64,000 nt of DNA, taken from NCBI GenBank assembly GCA_965261535.1, contig OZ253469.1, positions 2,924,099 through 2,988,098 of the forward strand. The letters run 5' to 3'. The first letter of the stretch is position 1. Every line of letters begins with the position of its first letter. Both the position numbers and the translations under genes were made by a program. The DNA is from Candidatus Azotimanducaceae bacterium (GTDB lineage: Bacteria > Pseudomonadota > Gammaproteobacteria > Pseudomonadales > Azotimanducaceae). Below are positions 11,649 to 21,645 of this stretch, piece by piece. The notes beneath the pieces are model-generated. The model did no database searches and was not told the origin of the DNA. It saw nothing but the letters and a program-made list of their open reading frames with translations.

Positions 11649-12926
11649 TTACAGCACGTCCAAGCCTGCACCGATGGCCGATGTCAGGTAAGTCAGATCA
11701 TCCGCGCCGATGACGTACGGCGGCATCAGGTAAATCAGGTCGGCGAAGGGGCGAATCCACGCGCCCCGTTCCACGAAAACGCTTTGCAGTTTCGCCACCG
11801 GAACGGGCGCACGGGTCTGCACCACGCCGATGGCGCCGAAGACGCGGACGTCCCGCACCGCCGAATGTCCCCGGTAAGCGTCAAGTTCCCGTCGGAGTTG
11901 GCGTTCGATATCGCCGACGCGCGACATCCACGGCCCGTCGCGCAGCAGTTCGATGCTCCTGCGCGCGACCGCGCACGCCAACGGGTTGGCCATGAAAGTG
12001 GGCCCATGCATCAACACGCCGCCATCGGCGGATATGCCCTTCGCCACGCGGGAGTTGGTCAACGTGGCCGCCAGGGTCATGTAGCCGCCGGTCAATGCCT
12101 TGCCGAGACACATGATGTCGGGTTCGACGTGCGCGTGTTCGCATGCGAAAAGGCGCCCGGTGCGGCCGAAACCGGTGGCGATTTCGTCCACGATCAGCAG
12201 CACGTCCCGTTCGGCGCATAGCTCGGCGACGCGAGCCAGGTATGCCGGGGAGTAGAACCACATGCCCCCGGCGCCCTGCACGACCGGCTCCAGCACCACG
12301 GCGGCGAGTTCGCGGTGGTGAGTGGTCAACGCCATTTCGATGCGCTCCGCGTCCTCCGCCGACAGCGGCTCGTGGACCCTGGAGGCCGGCCTCTCGACGA
12401 AGATGTGTTGCGGGAGGACGCGGTGGAAACGTTCGTGCATTCCGGTGACGGGATCGCAGACGCTCATGGCGCCGAAGGTATCGCCGTGATAGCCGCCCTT
12501 GATGGTCAGCAGGCGATGTTTTTCGGGGCGTCCGAGCGCTCCCCAATATTGGATGGCCATCTTGATGGCGACTTCGACCGACACGGACCCGGAGTCGGAG
12601 AAGAACACGTGGCGCAAGCCGGCCGGCGAGATATCGATCAGGTCCTGCGCCAGTTTGATCGCCGGTTCGTGCGTCAAGCCACCGAACATGACGTGCGCCA
12701 TCTTGTCCAGTTGGGCGCGCACGGCTTCGTTCAACGCCGGATGGTTGTAGCCATGAATGGCACACCACCAGGACGACATGCCATCGATCAGTTCGCGCCC
12801 GTCCGCCAAGCGGATGCGCACGCCGTTGGCCGAATCCACGGGGTATGTCGGCAGCGGATCCGTCATCGATGTATAGGGATGCCAGATGTGCCGACGATCG
12901 AAGTCGAGGGATTCGTTCAGTCGCAC
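11649..12926 (-). CDS. bioA: adenosylmethionine-8-amino-7-oxononanoate aminotransferase
   Basis: Contains FDRRHIWHPYTSM, DGMSSWWCAIHGYNHP and SDSGSVSVEVAIKMA, closely parallel to E. coli BioA. GTG start at 12926 was chosen by N-terminal alignment. Confidence 0.9.
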   Translation of the reverse strand: MRLNESLDFDRRHIWHPYTSMTDPLPTYPVDSANGVRIRLADGRELIDGMSSWWCAIHGYNHPALNEAVRAQLDKMAHVMFGGLTHEPAIKLAQDLIDISPAGLRHVFFSDSGSVSVEVAIKMAIQYWGALGRPEKHRLLTIKGGYHGDTFGAMSVCDPVTGMHERFHRVLPQHIFVERPASRVHEPLSAEDAERIEMALTTHHRELAAVVLEPVVQGAGGMWFYSPAYLARVAELCAERDVLLIVDEIATGFGRTGRLFACEHAHVEPDIMCLGKALTGGYMTLAATLTNSRVAKGISADGGVLMHGPTFMANPLACAVARRSIELLRDGPWMSRVGDIERQLRRELDAYRGHSAVRDVRVFGAIGVVQTRAPVPVAKLQSVFVERGAWIRPFADLIYLMPPYVIGADDLTYLTSAIGAGLDVL

Positions 12927-13588
12927 AAGGGCTCCAGATCGAGGAACCGTGCGGCGTCTTGCGGGCTGCCCACATGCGGCACGGTACCGAGGCACGGACC
13001 GGGCAGCCGTTGCCGCAGCGTGTCGACGTTCTCCTTCAGGCAGGGCATGGGATCCCCAATGCAGTTTGCGACCCAGCCCGCCAGACCCAGCCCCGCGCGT
13101 TCGATTGCGGCGGCGGTTAGCAGCGCATGGTTCAGACAACCGAGCTTCATGGCGACCACAAGGATAACCTTCGCCCTCAGAGCGACGCAGACATCGGCCA
13201 GCGTCTCCCGTTCATTCAGGGGGACGAACCAGCCGCCCGCCCCTTCGACCAGCGTGAACGCTGCCGATTCGGGGCACGCTGTGGCCAATTCCTGGGCGGT
13301 GACGCGGCGACCTATCTGTGCGAGGGCGATATGTGGGGCGATCGCCGGGCGCAAGACCACCGGATTGATGTCCGCATATTCGCGCTTGGTCTGGGCCGCC
13401 GAGATGAGTTCCAGGGCGTCTTCGTTCTTGAGTGTGCCGTCCCGCAGCGTGGCGCCTGCCGCGATCGGCTTGTAGCCGACACACATAAGGCCACGCGCCC
13501 TGGCTGCCCGCAACAACGCGCTCGCGATCAACGTCTTGCCGACGCCGGTGTCGGTGCCGGTAACGAAGTACACGTTGTCTTGACCCAT
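12917..13588 (-). CDS. bioD: dethiobiotin synthetase
   Basis: 223-aa tail of ORF 12917..14614 starting MGQDNVYFVTGTDTGVGKT (P-loop). Overlaps the bioA start by 10 nt. Confidence 0.85.
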   Translation of the reverse strand: MGQDNVYFVTGTDTGVGKTLIASALLRAARARGLMCVGYKPIAAGATLRDGTLKNEDALELISAAQTKREYADINPVVLRPAIAPHIALAQIGRRVTAQELATACPESAAFTLVEGAGGWFVPLNERETLADVCVALRAKVILVVAMKLGCLNHALLTAAAIERAGLGLAGWVANCIGDPMPCLKENVDTLRQRLPGPCLGTVPHVGSPQDAARFLDLEPLCD

Positions 13589-13742
13589 CGCCGCTCCGGT
13601 GGGGGATCGCTGAAGACGAATCTTTCGATCATACCGCCCGACCTGTCTTATCGGGCGGTCCCGCCCACACCGCGCTGCTACAATATTTCGGCGGACCGGC
13701 TCGTCCGGCCAGAACACAAACCGCTGCCTCAAGATCGAGCCA

Positions 13743-14473
13743 ATGCCTAACGTCGAAACAGCGATCCAGCAGATAAAGGATGTCGGTTGCACGATCATCC
13801 CGAAGCTCATCGTTGGAGAGCGATTAGAGCAGGCGCAGGCCGATGCGGAGGCGCTTCTCGAGGCGACGCCCATCGAGATGCCTGGTCTCGACGGCAAGGT
13901 GTTCGGTCGAATGTGCAAAAGGGCCTGTTCCGCAAATCCCGCGCCTTCGACGATCTCTACGCCCATCCCACGGTCCTTGCCGTTGTTCGCGGCGTGCTGG
14001 TCGACCCTGACCGAAAGCGAGGCTACTTCCCCTTCGGTGGCGGTATTCAGCTCTCGACGGTCATGATCAAGGACGTGCAGCCGCGCGAAGACATCCGCCA
14101 CATGCATCGCGACGATGCGGGCTATCCCATTCCCCGCCCGCGACCGCCCATCGTCGTGAACACCTTGCTGGCGCTCGATCCGTTCACCAGGGAGACAGGC
14201 GCCACGCTGGTTGTGCCGGGTAGCCACAAGTGGACCGGACCTGTGCAACAGGACTGCGAGTACGTAGCAGTGGAGATGGAAGCGGGTTCCATCCTCATGT
14301 TCGACGGTTCGCTCTGGCACAACAACGGCGCCAATCAAACCGCCGGGAAGACGCGGCGCGCGCTCAACATGTACTACAGCCAGTCCTGGCTGCGCCAGGT
14401 GGAAAGCCCGTACCTGGGTCTGACCACCGACGAGGTCAAGGAACTGCCGGAACGGCTGCGGGCCATCGTCTGA
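13743..14473 (+). pseudogene. phytanoyl-CoA dioxygenase (PhyH) family protein, frame-broken
   Basis: The N-terminus (MPNVETAIQQIKDVGCTIIP...) is in one frame up to about 13915. The PhyH body (FRKSRAFDDLYAHP...HRDD...PGSHKW...WHNNGAN) continues in ORF 13787..14473. A single frameshift lies near 13900-13920. Confidence 0.65.
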
Positions 14474-14507
14474 GTGGCGTACCTGGGTTCCGCCATTCGG
14501 TAGAGAC

Positions 14508-15620
14508 TTGAACACCTCCATGACCTTCGGTGGGCGCCATGAACGCCCACGTACGCTGTTCATCACTTCCGACGACCGCACCGGCGCGCTGGAGATTGCG
14601 GGCACCGTTGCCAACGAGCGCTTCTCGGTGCCCGCGGGGCCACATGCCGACGACGGAACCTGCTGCGTGGTCGATATCGCATCGCGGCACCTGGACCCGG
14701 AGGCGGCGCAGCGACAAGCCGCAGGCGCGCACGCGAGAAGCGCGCGCTATCGGTGCCACAAGATCGACTCCGGTCTACGGGGCAACTGGCCGTTCGAGGT
14801 GAAGGGATTGTTGCAACTCGGCCATGGGGTCGCCGTGGTGCCGAGTTTTCCCGACGCTGGCCGTCGTTGCGTGGACGGCGTGGTGTACGTGGACGACGTT
14901 CCGGTGTTGGAGTCCCCGTTCGGCAAGGACCCGCTGACGGCGCCGCTGAGCAACCGGCCCATGGAAATCCTGGAGTTGACGGGTTGTGCGCGAGGCGACG
15001 TCGTCGTCTGGGACGCCAACGACAATGCGGAACTCGAAGCGGCTGCGCGACGATGCCACGACGAAGGACGCGCAATGGTTGGCCCCAGTGGGGCGGTCTC
15101 CGCTTATGCGGCCACCGTGTTCCCGGCATGCAAACCTCGGGAAGTCCCTATCGTTCCCCCGGTTCTGATCCTGTGCGGCAGCCTTAACACCATGAGCCGC
15201 GAGCAGATCGCGAGACTTGGAGTCCCGGTTTTCACCCTTTCGGACGACCTTCAACCACCGGGCGCGACGACCGGATCAAACCAGAGCCCGATTGCCGTTG
15301 TGGCAACGCCGGTACCGTCTGGCATCATTTCGCCCCGGGACGCGGAGCAGGTTGCGGCGGCGATGGCGGAATTCGCGAACAGCGCCCTGGGGACCGGCTA
15401 TGGGAACGGCACATTGTTTGTTCTCGGCGGCGACACCGCCGCCGCGATTGTCGGCGACGAAACCCTGGACGTGCTCGGCACGATAGACACGGCGATTCCG
15501 ATTGCGCGATTTCGCGGCGGATACCTGGTCACCAAGGGCGGCGGCATCGGCCGACCCGACACGCTGACGGAACTTCTCGCCACAGTGAGACCAGGCTTTG
15601 GAGATGTCGATGACCAATAG
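14508..15620 (+). CDS. four-carbon acid sugar kinase family protein (DUF1537-type)
   Basis: N-terminal ITSDDRTGALE and C-terminal VLGGDTAAAIV...TKGGGIG match the family layout. Exact start is uncertain. Confidence 0.6.
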   Translation: MNTSMTFGGRHERPRTLFITSDDRTGALEIAGTVANERFSVPAGPHADDGTCCVVDIASRHLDPEAAQRQAAGAHARSARYRCHKIDSGLRGNWPFEVKGLLQLGHGVAVVPSFPDAGRRCVDGVVYVDDVPVLESPFGKDPLTAPLSNRPMEILELTGCARGDVVVWDANDNAELEAAARRCHDEGRAMVGPSGAVSAYAATVFPACKPREVPIVPPVLILCGSLNTMSREQIARLGVPVFTLSDDLQPPGATTGSNQSPIAVVATPVPSGIISPRDAEQVAAAMAEFANSALGTGYGNGTLFVLGGDTAAAIVGDETLDVLGTIDTAIPIARFRGGYLVTKGGGIGRPDTLTELLATVRPGFGDVDDQ

Positions 15621-16704
15621 CCCGCAGCTTGTTTGCTTGGCGTTGACGCTGGTGCTTGCAGCTTCCAACGGGGACGACCCAGGAGAGCCGGCCCCGCCAG
15701 CGGTCGATACTGTCGCCACGATCGAGGACGAGCCGTTGATCTACAACGACAGTGTATTCGTCCTCCCCGTCGCCGAAAGTCTCGCCACCGACAGGCTGCC
15801 TTTCAGAAGATATGCGGCAAGGTTCTACGATTATTTCGACGATGACTTCGATTTCCTGATGTTCGTCTCAAATCTCGAGGACGGTCAGCCCGGCTATTTC
15901 GGCATTTACTACACCGTCATGAACGATACGGCGGGTATCGGTCTTGCAACCTATTCGAACACCGCTGCTTGGGGATCGGATGCAAGGCTTCAGGGCGTAT
16001 TGCACTTTCCCCGATTTGACTTGTTGCGTGGAGGTCCATCGCTGCACGAGTTGATGCATCGGTGGGCGAACTATGTCGTTGGGCCGAACCCGTCTCGGGC
16101 GCACTCGGGATTCAGCAGCGCCGACGGTCAGCTTGGCGGTTTCCGTCTTGCGGATCTGGTCGACCTTGCGAACAGTCAATTTTCCGCAGGCGATTTCGGA
16201 ATAGGCGCAAACGGCGGCAATTCCGTTCCCTACAGTCCCATTGAGTTGTATCTGGCCGGTTTTTTGCCGCTGGAGGAAATCCCCGATCTGACGATTGCCG
16301 AGGATGGCGAGTGGCTGCTTGACGAAAATGGTGACGACGTTCGCACCGATAGCGGACTTCCCATATTTACCGCGAGTCGACTAACGACCTATACCGCCGA
16401 GGACCTCGTCGCAGAACACGGTGAGCGCGTCCCGGCATATCCGCACGCGCAGCGAGACTTCCGGGCCGCGGCGATTCTGTTGATAGATGAAGATCATCCT
16501 GCCGTCAGGCCGAAATTGGATAGGCTGAGCGAGGATGTTTCATGGTTCAGCGAAGACGGTCCTGGTGGGCGCAGCCTTTACAATTTTTTTGGAGCGACCG
16601 GGGGGCGCGCGACCATCGGGATGGACGATCTGCTCCGATACAACACGGGTATTCCCGTTAGGGCGATAGATGGCCAGCCCTCGTCCGGGCCCCCATCGTC
16701 GTAG
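15598..16704 (+). CDS. secreted/lipoprotein-like putative zinc metallopeptidase (HExxH)
   Basis: Signal-like N-terminus (LVCLALTLVLAASNG) and an HELMH motif (SLHELMHRWANY). No further family recognised. Confidence 0.55.
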   Translation: MEMSMTNSPQLVCLALTLVLAASNGDDPGEPAPPAVDTVATIEDEPLIYNDSVFVLPVAESLATDRLPFRRYAARFYDYFDDDFDFLMFVSNLEDGQPGYFGIYYTVMNDTAGIGLATYSNTAAWGSDARLQGVLHFPRFDLLRGGPSLHELMHRWANYVVGPNPSRAHSGFSSADGQLGGFRLADLVDLANSQFSAGDFGIGANGGNSVPYSPIELYLAGFLPLEEIPDLTIAEDGEWLLDENGDDVRTDSGLPIFTASRLTTYTAEDLVAEHGERVPAYPHAQRDFRAAAILLIDEDHPAVRPKLDRLSEDVSWFSEDGPGGRSLYNFFGATGGRATIGMDDLLRYNTGIPVRAIDGQPSSGPPSS

Positions 16705-16707
16705 GGT

Positions 16708-16875
16708 TCAGGGAATCAGTTCCCCGACGTGAGCAGCCACGTTGCGCGAGAGTGATCCGAGGTCGTAGCCACCCTTCAGCATCGAGACGACGCGCCCGCT
16801 CGCGTGGCGGCTCGCGGCGTCCGTGATGAGACTCGTAACCCAAGCGTGATCATTCTCGGTCGTCGGCGCAGAAGA
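16708..16875 (-). pseudogene. C-terminal fragment of a histone-deacetylase-family gene
   Basis: Translates to ...TTENDHAWVTSLITDAASRHASGRVVSMLKGGYDLGSLSRNVAAHVGELIP*. This parallels the C-terminus of the intact gene at 17772..18689 (..EDDYAWVTGLITDAANRHANGRIVSMLEGGYDLGALSRSVAVHVEGLLG*). No upstream coding continuation. Confidence 0.6.
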
Positions 16876-16997
16876 AACTACTCGCAACGGTGGGATGAAC
16901 CCTGATCGCTCTGGGTCGGGCGTGGACGTAGGCTCTCCGGTCGAGTGCTCTCCGGCGACCCATCATTCTCGCGCCGATCGGATTGCGCCGGACCGAT

Positions 16998-17345
16998 TCA
17001 TCGTGCGTTACGCGCCATCCTGTCTATGGCTACCGACAAGCCAGGCAGGTCCTGTTCGACCGTGTTCCACACGACCTCCACATCGATTGACAAGTATCCG
17101 TGGGCCAGGACGTTCCGGAAACCAGCGATCTGACGCCAGGGAACATTTGGCTCGGTCGCCTTGACGTGGTCACTCAAGCGTTGTGTGGACTCCGCGAGCG
17201 TCTGGAGGTTACGTAACACCGCATCTTGAATCATCTTCGAATCAAGGAATCTTTGCCGGTCTCTCTTCGTGTATTCATGAACACGTTTGATGTTTTCGGC
17301 AATGCTGGCAAGCAGGAGCTGGTCCGTTGTCGTACCAGGCGTCAC
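16998..17345 (-). CDS. hepT: HepT-family (DUF86) RNase toxin
   Basis: 115 aa with the Rx4HxY motif (FRNVLAHGY). GTGA start/stop overlap with the upstream MNT gene. Confidence 0.85.
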   Translation of the reverse strand: MTPGTTTDQLLLASIAENIKRVHEYTKRDRQRFLDSKMIQDAVLRNLQTLAESTQRLSDHVKATEPNVPWRQIAGFRNVLAHGYLSIDVEVVWNTVEQDLPGLSVAIDRMARNAR

Positions 17346-17626
17346 AGGGGCTCGGCTTCCTTTAGGACACGCTCACGCAGATCCGGGTGCAAACCTCGTT
17401 CGGTCACGACATCCACGCGGCGCTGCAGAAGATCCTGAACGTCCATCAGCAAGCCGCCTAGCGCCAAGCCACTCCTTCCAGGCGGCAGCCGGACCAGGAG
17501 GTCCACGTCGCTGGATTCGTCGGCATCTCCCCTTGCCATTGAGCCAAAGACGCGGACGTTTTGAATGCCGTAGCGATTCGCCAAGGATCGAATCTCGGCA
17601 CGGTGGCTTTGTATCAACGGATGCAT
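17342..17626 (-). CDS. mntA: MNT-family nucleotidyltransferase antitoxin
   Basis: Start at MHPLIQ, with GGAGG 8 nt upstream. Contains the GSMARGDADESSDVDLLV nucleotidyltransferase motif. Confidence 0.85.
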   Translation of the reverse strand: MHPLIQSHRAEIRSLANRYGIQNVRVFGSMARGDADESSDVDLLVRLPPGRSGLALGGLLMDVQDLLQRRVDVVTERGLHPDLRERVLKEAEPL

Positions 17627-17771
17627 ATGTCTTACCTCCATCAACCCAAAGGACCGAATCGGACGTAGCGCGGATAGGTTGCCACAATAGCATCGCGTCC
17701 GCTGGATTTCGTTGCCTTGCAACGTCAGCCCAACTGGGTGCGCGTGGTTCGCCACCGCCGCGCCGACAGGG

Positions 17772-18689
17772 TCAGCCGAGTAACCCCTCGACATGCACGG
17801 CCACGCTGCGCGAGAGTGCGCCGAGGTCGTAGCCGCCCTCCAGCATCGAGACGATGCGCCCGTTGGCGTGCCGGTTCGCGGCGTCGGTGATCAGCCCGGT
17901 TACCCAGGCGTAGTCATCCTCGGTCAACAGGAATCCGCCCAGGGGGTCGTCGGCGTGCCCGTCAAAGCCGGCCGAGACGAGGATAAGGTCGGGTCTGAAG
18001 CCGTCAAGGGCGGGCAGCCAGTCGCGTTCCACGGCTTCCCTGAACGACGCGCCGCGCGTGCCCGCGGGCAAAGGCGTGTTGACGATGTTGGGTCGCTGCA
18101 CGTCCTGCAGCCGGTAGGGATAGAACGGAAACTGGAAGCTCGAACAGACAAGGACATCCGGGTTGTCCATGAAGGCCGCCACGGTGCCGTTGCCGTGGTG
18201 GACATCGAAATCGAGGATGGCAACGCGGTCGATGCCGGGATTATCCAGGGCCCGGGCCGCGGCCACCGCGATGCTGTTGACGAAGCAGAATCCCATTGCC
18301 CGGGACACCTCGGCGTGGTGTCCGGGGGGCCGCACGGCGCAGAACGCCCGGTTGTCAGTGTCTCCGAGCACCAGCTCGACGGCCGCCACTGCCGCGCCCG
18401 CCGCCGTGCGAACGGCGCGGAGCGAACCCGGTCCCATCGCGGTGTCGGGGTCGAGGCGGACAAGGCCCTCCTCCGGCGACAGTTGCGCAAGCGTGTCGAG
18501 GAACGCTTCGCCGTGCACCCGCGCCAGATCCGTGTGATGGGCTTCGGGGGCTTCGTATACGTCGAGTTCGGCTACTAGCCCAGTTTCGTCAAGGTGCTGC
18601 AATACGGCGGCGAGTCGCGCCGGACGTTCCGGGTGGCGGTTGCCCATTTCGTGGTCAAGACAATTCAAATGGGTGAAGAGGGCAGTCAT
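17772..18689 (-). CDS. histone deacetylase family protein (acetylpolyamine/acetoin-type amidohydrolase)
   Basis: Start at MTALFTH. Contains DFDVHHGNGT and other HDAC class II-like motifs. Confidence 0.85.
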   Translation of the reverse strand: MTALFTHLNCLDHEMGNRHPERPARLAAVLQHLDETGLVAELDVYEAPEAHHTDLARVHGEAFLDTLAQLSPEEGLVRLDPDTAMGPGSLRAVRTAAGAAVAAVELVLGDTDNRAFCAVRPPGHHAEVSRAMGFCFVNSIAVAAARALDNPGIDRVAILDFDVHHGNGTVAAFMDNPDVLVCSSFQFPFYPYRLQDVQRPNIVNTPLPAGTRGASFREAVERDWLPALDGFRPDLILVSAGFDGHADDPLGGFLLTEDDYAWVTGLITDAANRHANGRIVSMLEGGYDLGALSRSVAVHVEGLLG

Positions 18690-18813
18690 TCGAGTGTCGC
18701 TTCCAGGGGCAATGGGCATTGTACCGGCCTGGATTCAGATGATCCGAAGGACGGCTTTCGCCCCTCTCGGGTTACAGTGCGCATCCGTGGCTCGTGATGT
18801 CGAGGAAGGACCC

Positions 18814-20205
18814 ATGACAACGCCGTATCCCACCCACGCCCAACTGATGGGGAATTTCGCGCCGATCCGCATGGAATGCGACATCGACGACGTGATCGTT
18901 CGCGGCGAATTGCCCGCCGATCTCGACATTACCTACTATCGCAACGGTCCCGACCCGCAGTTCCCGCCCCGAGGCGACCACCACTGGTTTGCCGGCGACG
19001 GCATGCTGCACATGTTCCGCATCCGCGATGGCCGGGTGCGCTACCGCAACCGTTGGGCGCGCACCGTGAAGTGGACGCTGGAGCGACGCGAGGGCCGCAG
19101 CCTCTACGATCCCTTCAATCCTCCGGATAACGATCCCATCACGCAGGGGGTGACTGAGGACGGCCTGGCCAACACCAATATCGTCTGGCACGGCGGCAAG
19201 CTGCTGGCGTTAGAGGAGGGACATCCACCCTTTGAGGTCGAGCCCCAAACACTGGACTCGATCAGTCCCTGGCGCTTCGACGACCGGTTCGAGGGGCCGA
19301 TGACCGCTCATCCGAAAGTCGATCCGAAGACCGGCGAAATGCTGTTCTTCGGCTACATGGCGTCGGGTATGTTCAGTCAGGATATGAGCTATCAGAGCGT
19401 GGACGCGGCCGGGACGCTGACCCGTTCGGAGCGATTCGAAGCTCCCTTTGCCAGCATGGTGCACGACTTCATCGTGACGGACGAACACGTGGTCTTTCCG
19501 ATATTCCCGGTCACGGGCAGCCTGGAGCGGGCGATGCGCGGCCAGCCGCCCCTGGCCTGGGAGCCTGACAAGGGCACGCACATCGGCGTCATGCCTAGAG
19601 GCGGCTCGGTTGAGAACCTGCGGTGGTTCGAGACGGACCCCTGCTACGTGTTCCATACGATGAACGCCTATAGCGACGGCAGTCGCGTCGTCGCCCACGT
19701 CATGCAGTACGAGGAAGTGCCGCTGTTCCCCAACGTCGACGGCAGTCCGACATCTCCGGGAAACGCGCGCCTCGCCGAGTGGACCATCGACCTCGCCGAC
19801 AATTCGAATGGCGTGCGGCGACGCTATCTCGACGACGTTGGCGGTGAGTTTCCGCGCACGGACGAGCGCTTCGCCTGCGGTCGCTATCGCCACGGCTACT
19901 ATGCCGCATCGATGGGAGGCGAGACCTTCAACACCTTCGTGAACCACGACTTCTCGGCGGGACAACGCAATCAGTACGTGCTCCCGGAAGGAGATGTTAC
20001 GGGCGAGCCCGTATTCGTGCCGAGGTCCAGGGAAGCCGAGGAGGGCGACGGCTACCTGTTGAGCGTCGTGTACCGCGCCGCCGAGAACCGCAGCGACCTG
20101 ATCGTTCTCGACGCGCGCAACATCGCGGATGGGCCGATCGCCTGCGCGGAACTGCCCCATCGCGTGCCCTATGGGTTTCACGGCAACTGGAGGTACAACG
20201 GCTAG
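18814..20205 (+). CDS. carotenoid cleavage oxygenase family protein
   Basis: ATG at 18814 follows GAGGAAGGA. Contains NFAPI..., YYRNGPDPQF and the C-terminal GFHGNW typical of the RPE65/lignostilbene dioxygenase family. Confidence 0.85.
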   Translation: MTTPYPTHAQLMGNFAPIRMECDIDDVIVRGELPADLDITYYRNGPDPQFPPRGDHHWFAGDGMLHMFRIRDGRVRYRNRWARTVKWTLERREGRSLYDPFNPPDNDPITQGVTEDGLANTNIVWHGGKLLALEEGHPPFEVEPQTLDSISPWRFDDRFEGPMTAHPKVDPKTGEMLFFGYMASGMFSQDMSYQSVDAAGTLTRSERFEAPFASMVHDFIVTDEHVVFPIFPVTGSLERAMRGQPPLAWEPDKGTHIGVMPRGGSVENLRWFETDPCYVFHTMNAYSDGSRVVAHVMQYEEVPLFPNVDGSPTSPGNARLAEWTIDLADNSNGVRRRYLDDVGGEFPRTDERFACGRYRHGYYAASMGGETFNTFVNHDFSAGQRNQYVLPEGDVTGEPVFVPRSREAEEGDGYLLSVVYRAAENRSDLIVLDARNIADGPIACAELPHRVPYGFHGNWRYNG

Positions 20206-20440
20206 GAGCCTGCGCCGTACAAGCGTCTGTAACCGACTAGGCAGCTGTGCATTAGAGTCCACAAGGTGCCGAATCGTACCGTAACTCGTTTATAAACATA
20301 TCTTTATGTTAAATCAGGCGCGGTGATACGGTCTTGTAAGGACTCGGAAAGTACCGCTACGTCCGCGTTTTTTAGTGGGATTCATTGTGTTCGTCCTAGG
20401 AATTTGATAGGCTGGGGATACGCCTTTCGGAAACGACTCC

Positions 20441-21592
20441 ATGCCCAGACTATGCCGCAACGCCCTCTCCGCCGCCATGGTGCGCACCGCCGGCCCCGGC
20501 AGCTACGTCGACGGCAACGGCCTCATGATGCGCGTGAAGGCGCGCGGGACGCGCCAGTGGGTACAGCGCCTCACCATTCACGGGCGCCGCGTCGATCTCG
20601 GGCTCGGCAGCGCGGAGCTGGTTTCGCTGGCGGATGCGCGGCGGACCGCGGCCGACAACCGGGCGATCGCCCGCACGGGCGGGGATCCCCGCCGCGTCCG
20701 GGTGCCGACCTTCGCCACGGCGGAGGAAGCCTGCTTCGCCGAGAAGCTCGAGACGTGGCGGACCAAGAGTCCGGCGCGCAACTGGCGGGTGGCGGTGGAC
20801 AAATACGTGCTGCCGAGGCTCGGCGGCGTGCCGGTGGACAGGATCGGCACCGCGGCGGTGTACGAGGTGCTGCGCCCGATGGCTCTGGCGGGCAAGCACG
20901 CCACCGTGAAGACGACCGGAGCGGCGATCACGGCGGTGCTGGACTGGGCGCGGATCAACGAGTACCGGTCGGAGGGCTCGCCGGTGGAGACGGTGCGCAG
21001 GAGCCTGCCGAAACGGGCGGCGGGACCGAAGCACCACGACGCCCTGCACTTCTCGGCGGTGGGCGCGGCGCTGGCGACGATCGACGCCACGAACTGCGCG
21101 TCGTCGACGAAGCGGGCCATCCGGTTCACGGCGCTGACAGCGGCGCGGCAGATCGAGGTGCGCCGGGCGACCTGGGAGCAGTTCGACCTGGAGGCGGCGG
21201 TGTGGGTGAAGCGGGCGGAGTCGATGAAGACGGGCAAGGCGCACCGGGTACCGCTGTCTGTGCAGGCGTTGGAGGTGCTGCGGGAGACACGCACGGAGGT
21301 GCCGGGTGCCGGTCTGGTGTTCCCGGGGTCGCAGCCGGGGAGGATGCTGGGCGACAAGGTGATGACGCAGGCGTTGCGCAACTCCGGCATCGCGGCGTCG
21401 GGCCACGGCTTCCGGTCGAGCTTCAAGGACTGGGCGCGGCAGCACGACGTGGACGAGCTGCTCTCGGAGTTCGCGCTGGCGCACGTCGAGGGCTCGGCGA
21501 CGGTGGCCGCCTATGCCCGGGACGACTTGCTGGAGAAGCGGCGCCCGGTCATGCAGGAATGGGCGGATTGCATCTTTCCAACTCATGGATAG
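20441..21592 (+). CDS. P4-type tyrosine integrase
   Basis: N-terminal DUF4102-like LSAAMVRTAGPGSYVDGNGLMMRV...WVQRL. C-terminal catalytic region is HGFRSSFKDWA...LAHVEGSATVAAYAR. An AT-rich junction lies immediately upstream. Confidence 0.85.
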   Translation: MPRLCRNALSAAMVRTAGPGSYVDGNGLMMRVKARGTRQWVQRLTIHGRRVDLGLGSAELVSLADARRTAADNRAIARTGGDPRRVRVPTFATAEEACFAEKLETWRTKSPARNWRVAVDKYVLPRLGGVPVDRIGTAAVYEVLRPMALAGKHATVKTTGAAITAVLDWARINEYRSEGSPVETVRRSLPKRAAGPKHHDALHFSAVGAALATIDATNCASSTKRAIRFTALTAARQIEVRRATWEQFDLEAAVWVKRAESMKTGKAHRVPLSVQALEVLRETRTEVPGAGLVFPGSQPGRMLGDKVMTQALRNSGIAASGHGFRSSFKDWARQHDVDELLSEFALAHVEGSATVAAYARDDLLEKRRPVMQEWADCIFPTHG

Positions 21593-21645
21593 AGGCCCGT
21601 CAAGTCTGGGGTTGGCGCATTTTTCGCGGCTGGAGAGTCCCCAAG

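Noticed and set aside
20206-20440. A tRNA or tmRNA gene expected beside the P4-type integrase.
   Set aside because: No T-arm (GGTTCGAATCC-like) or acceptor-stem pairing was visible on either strand by eye. This needs tRNAscan-SE to be certain.
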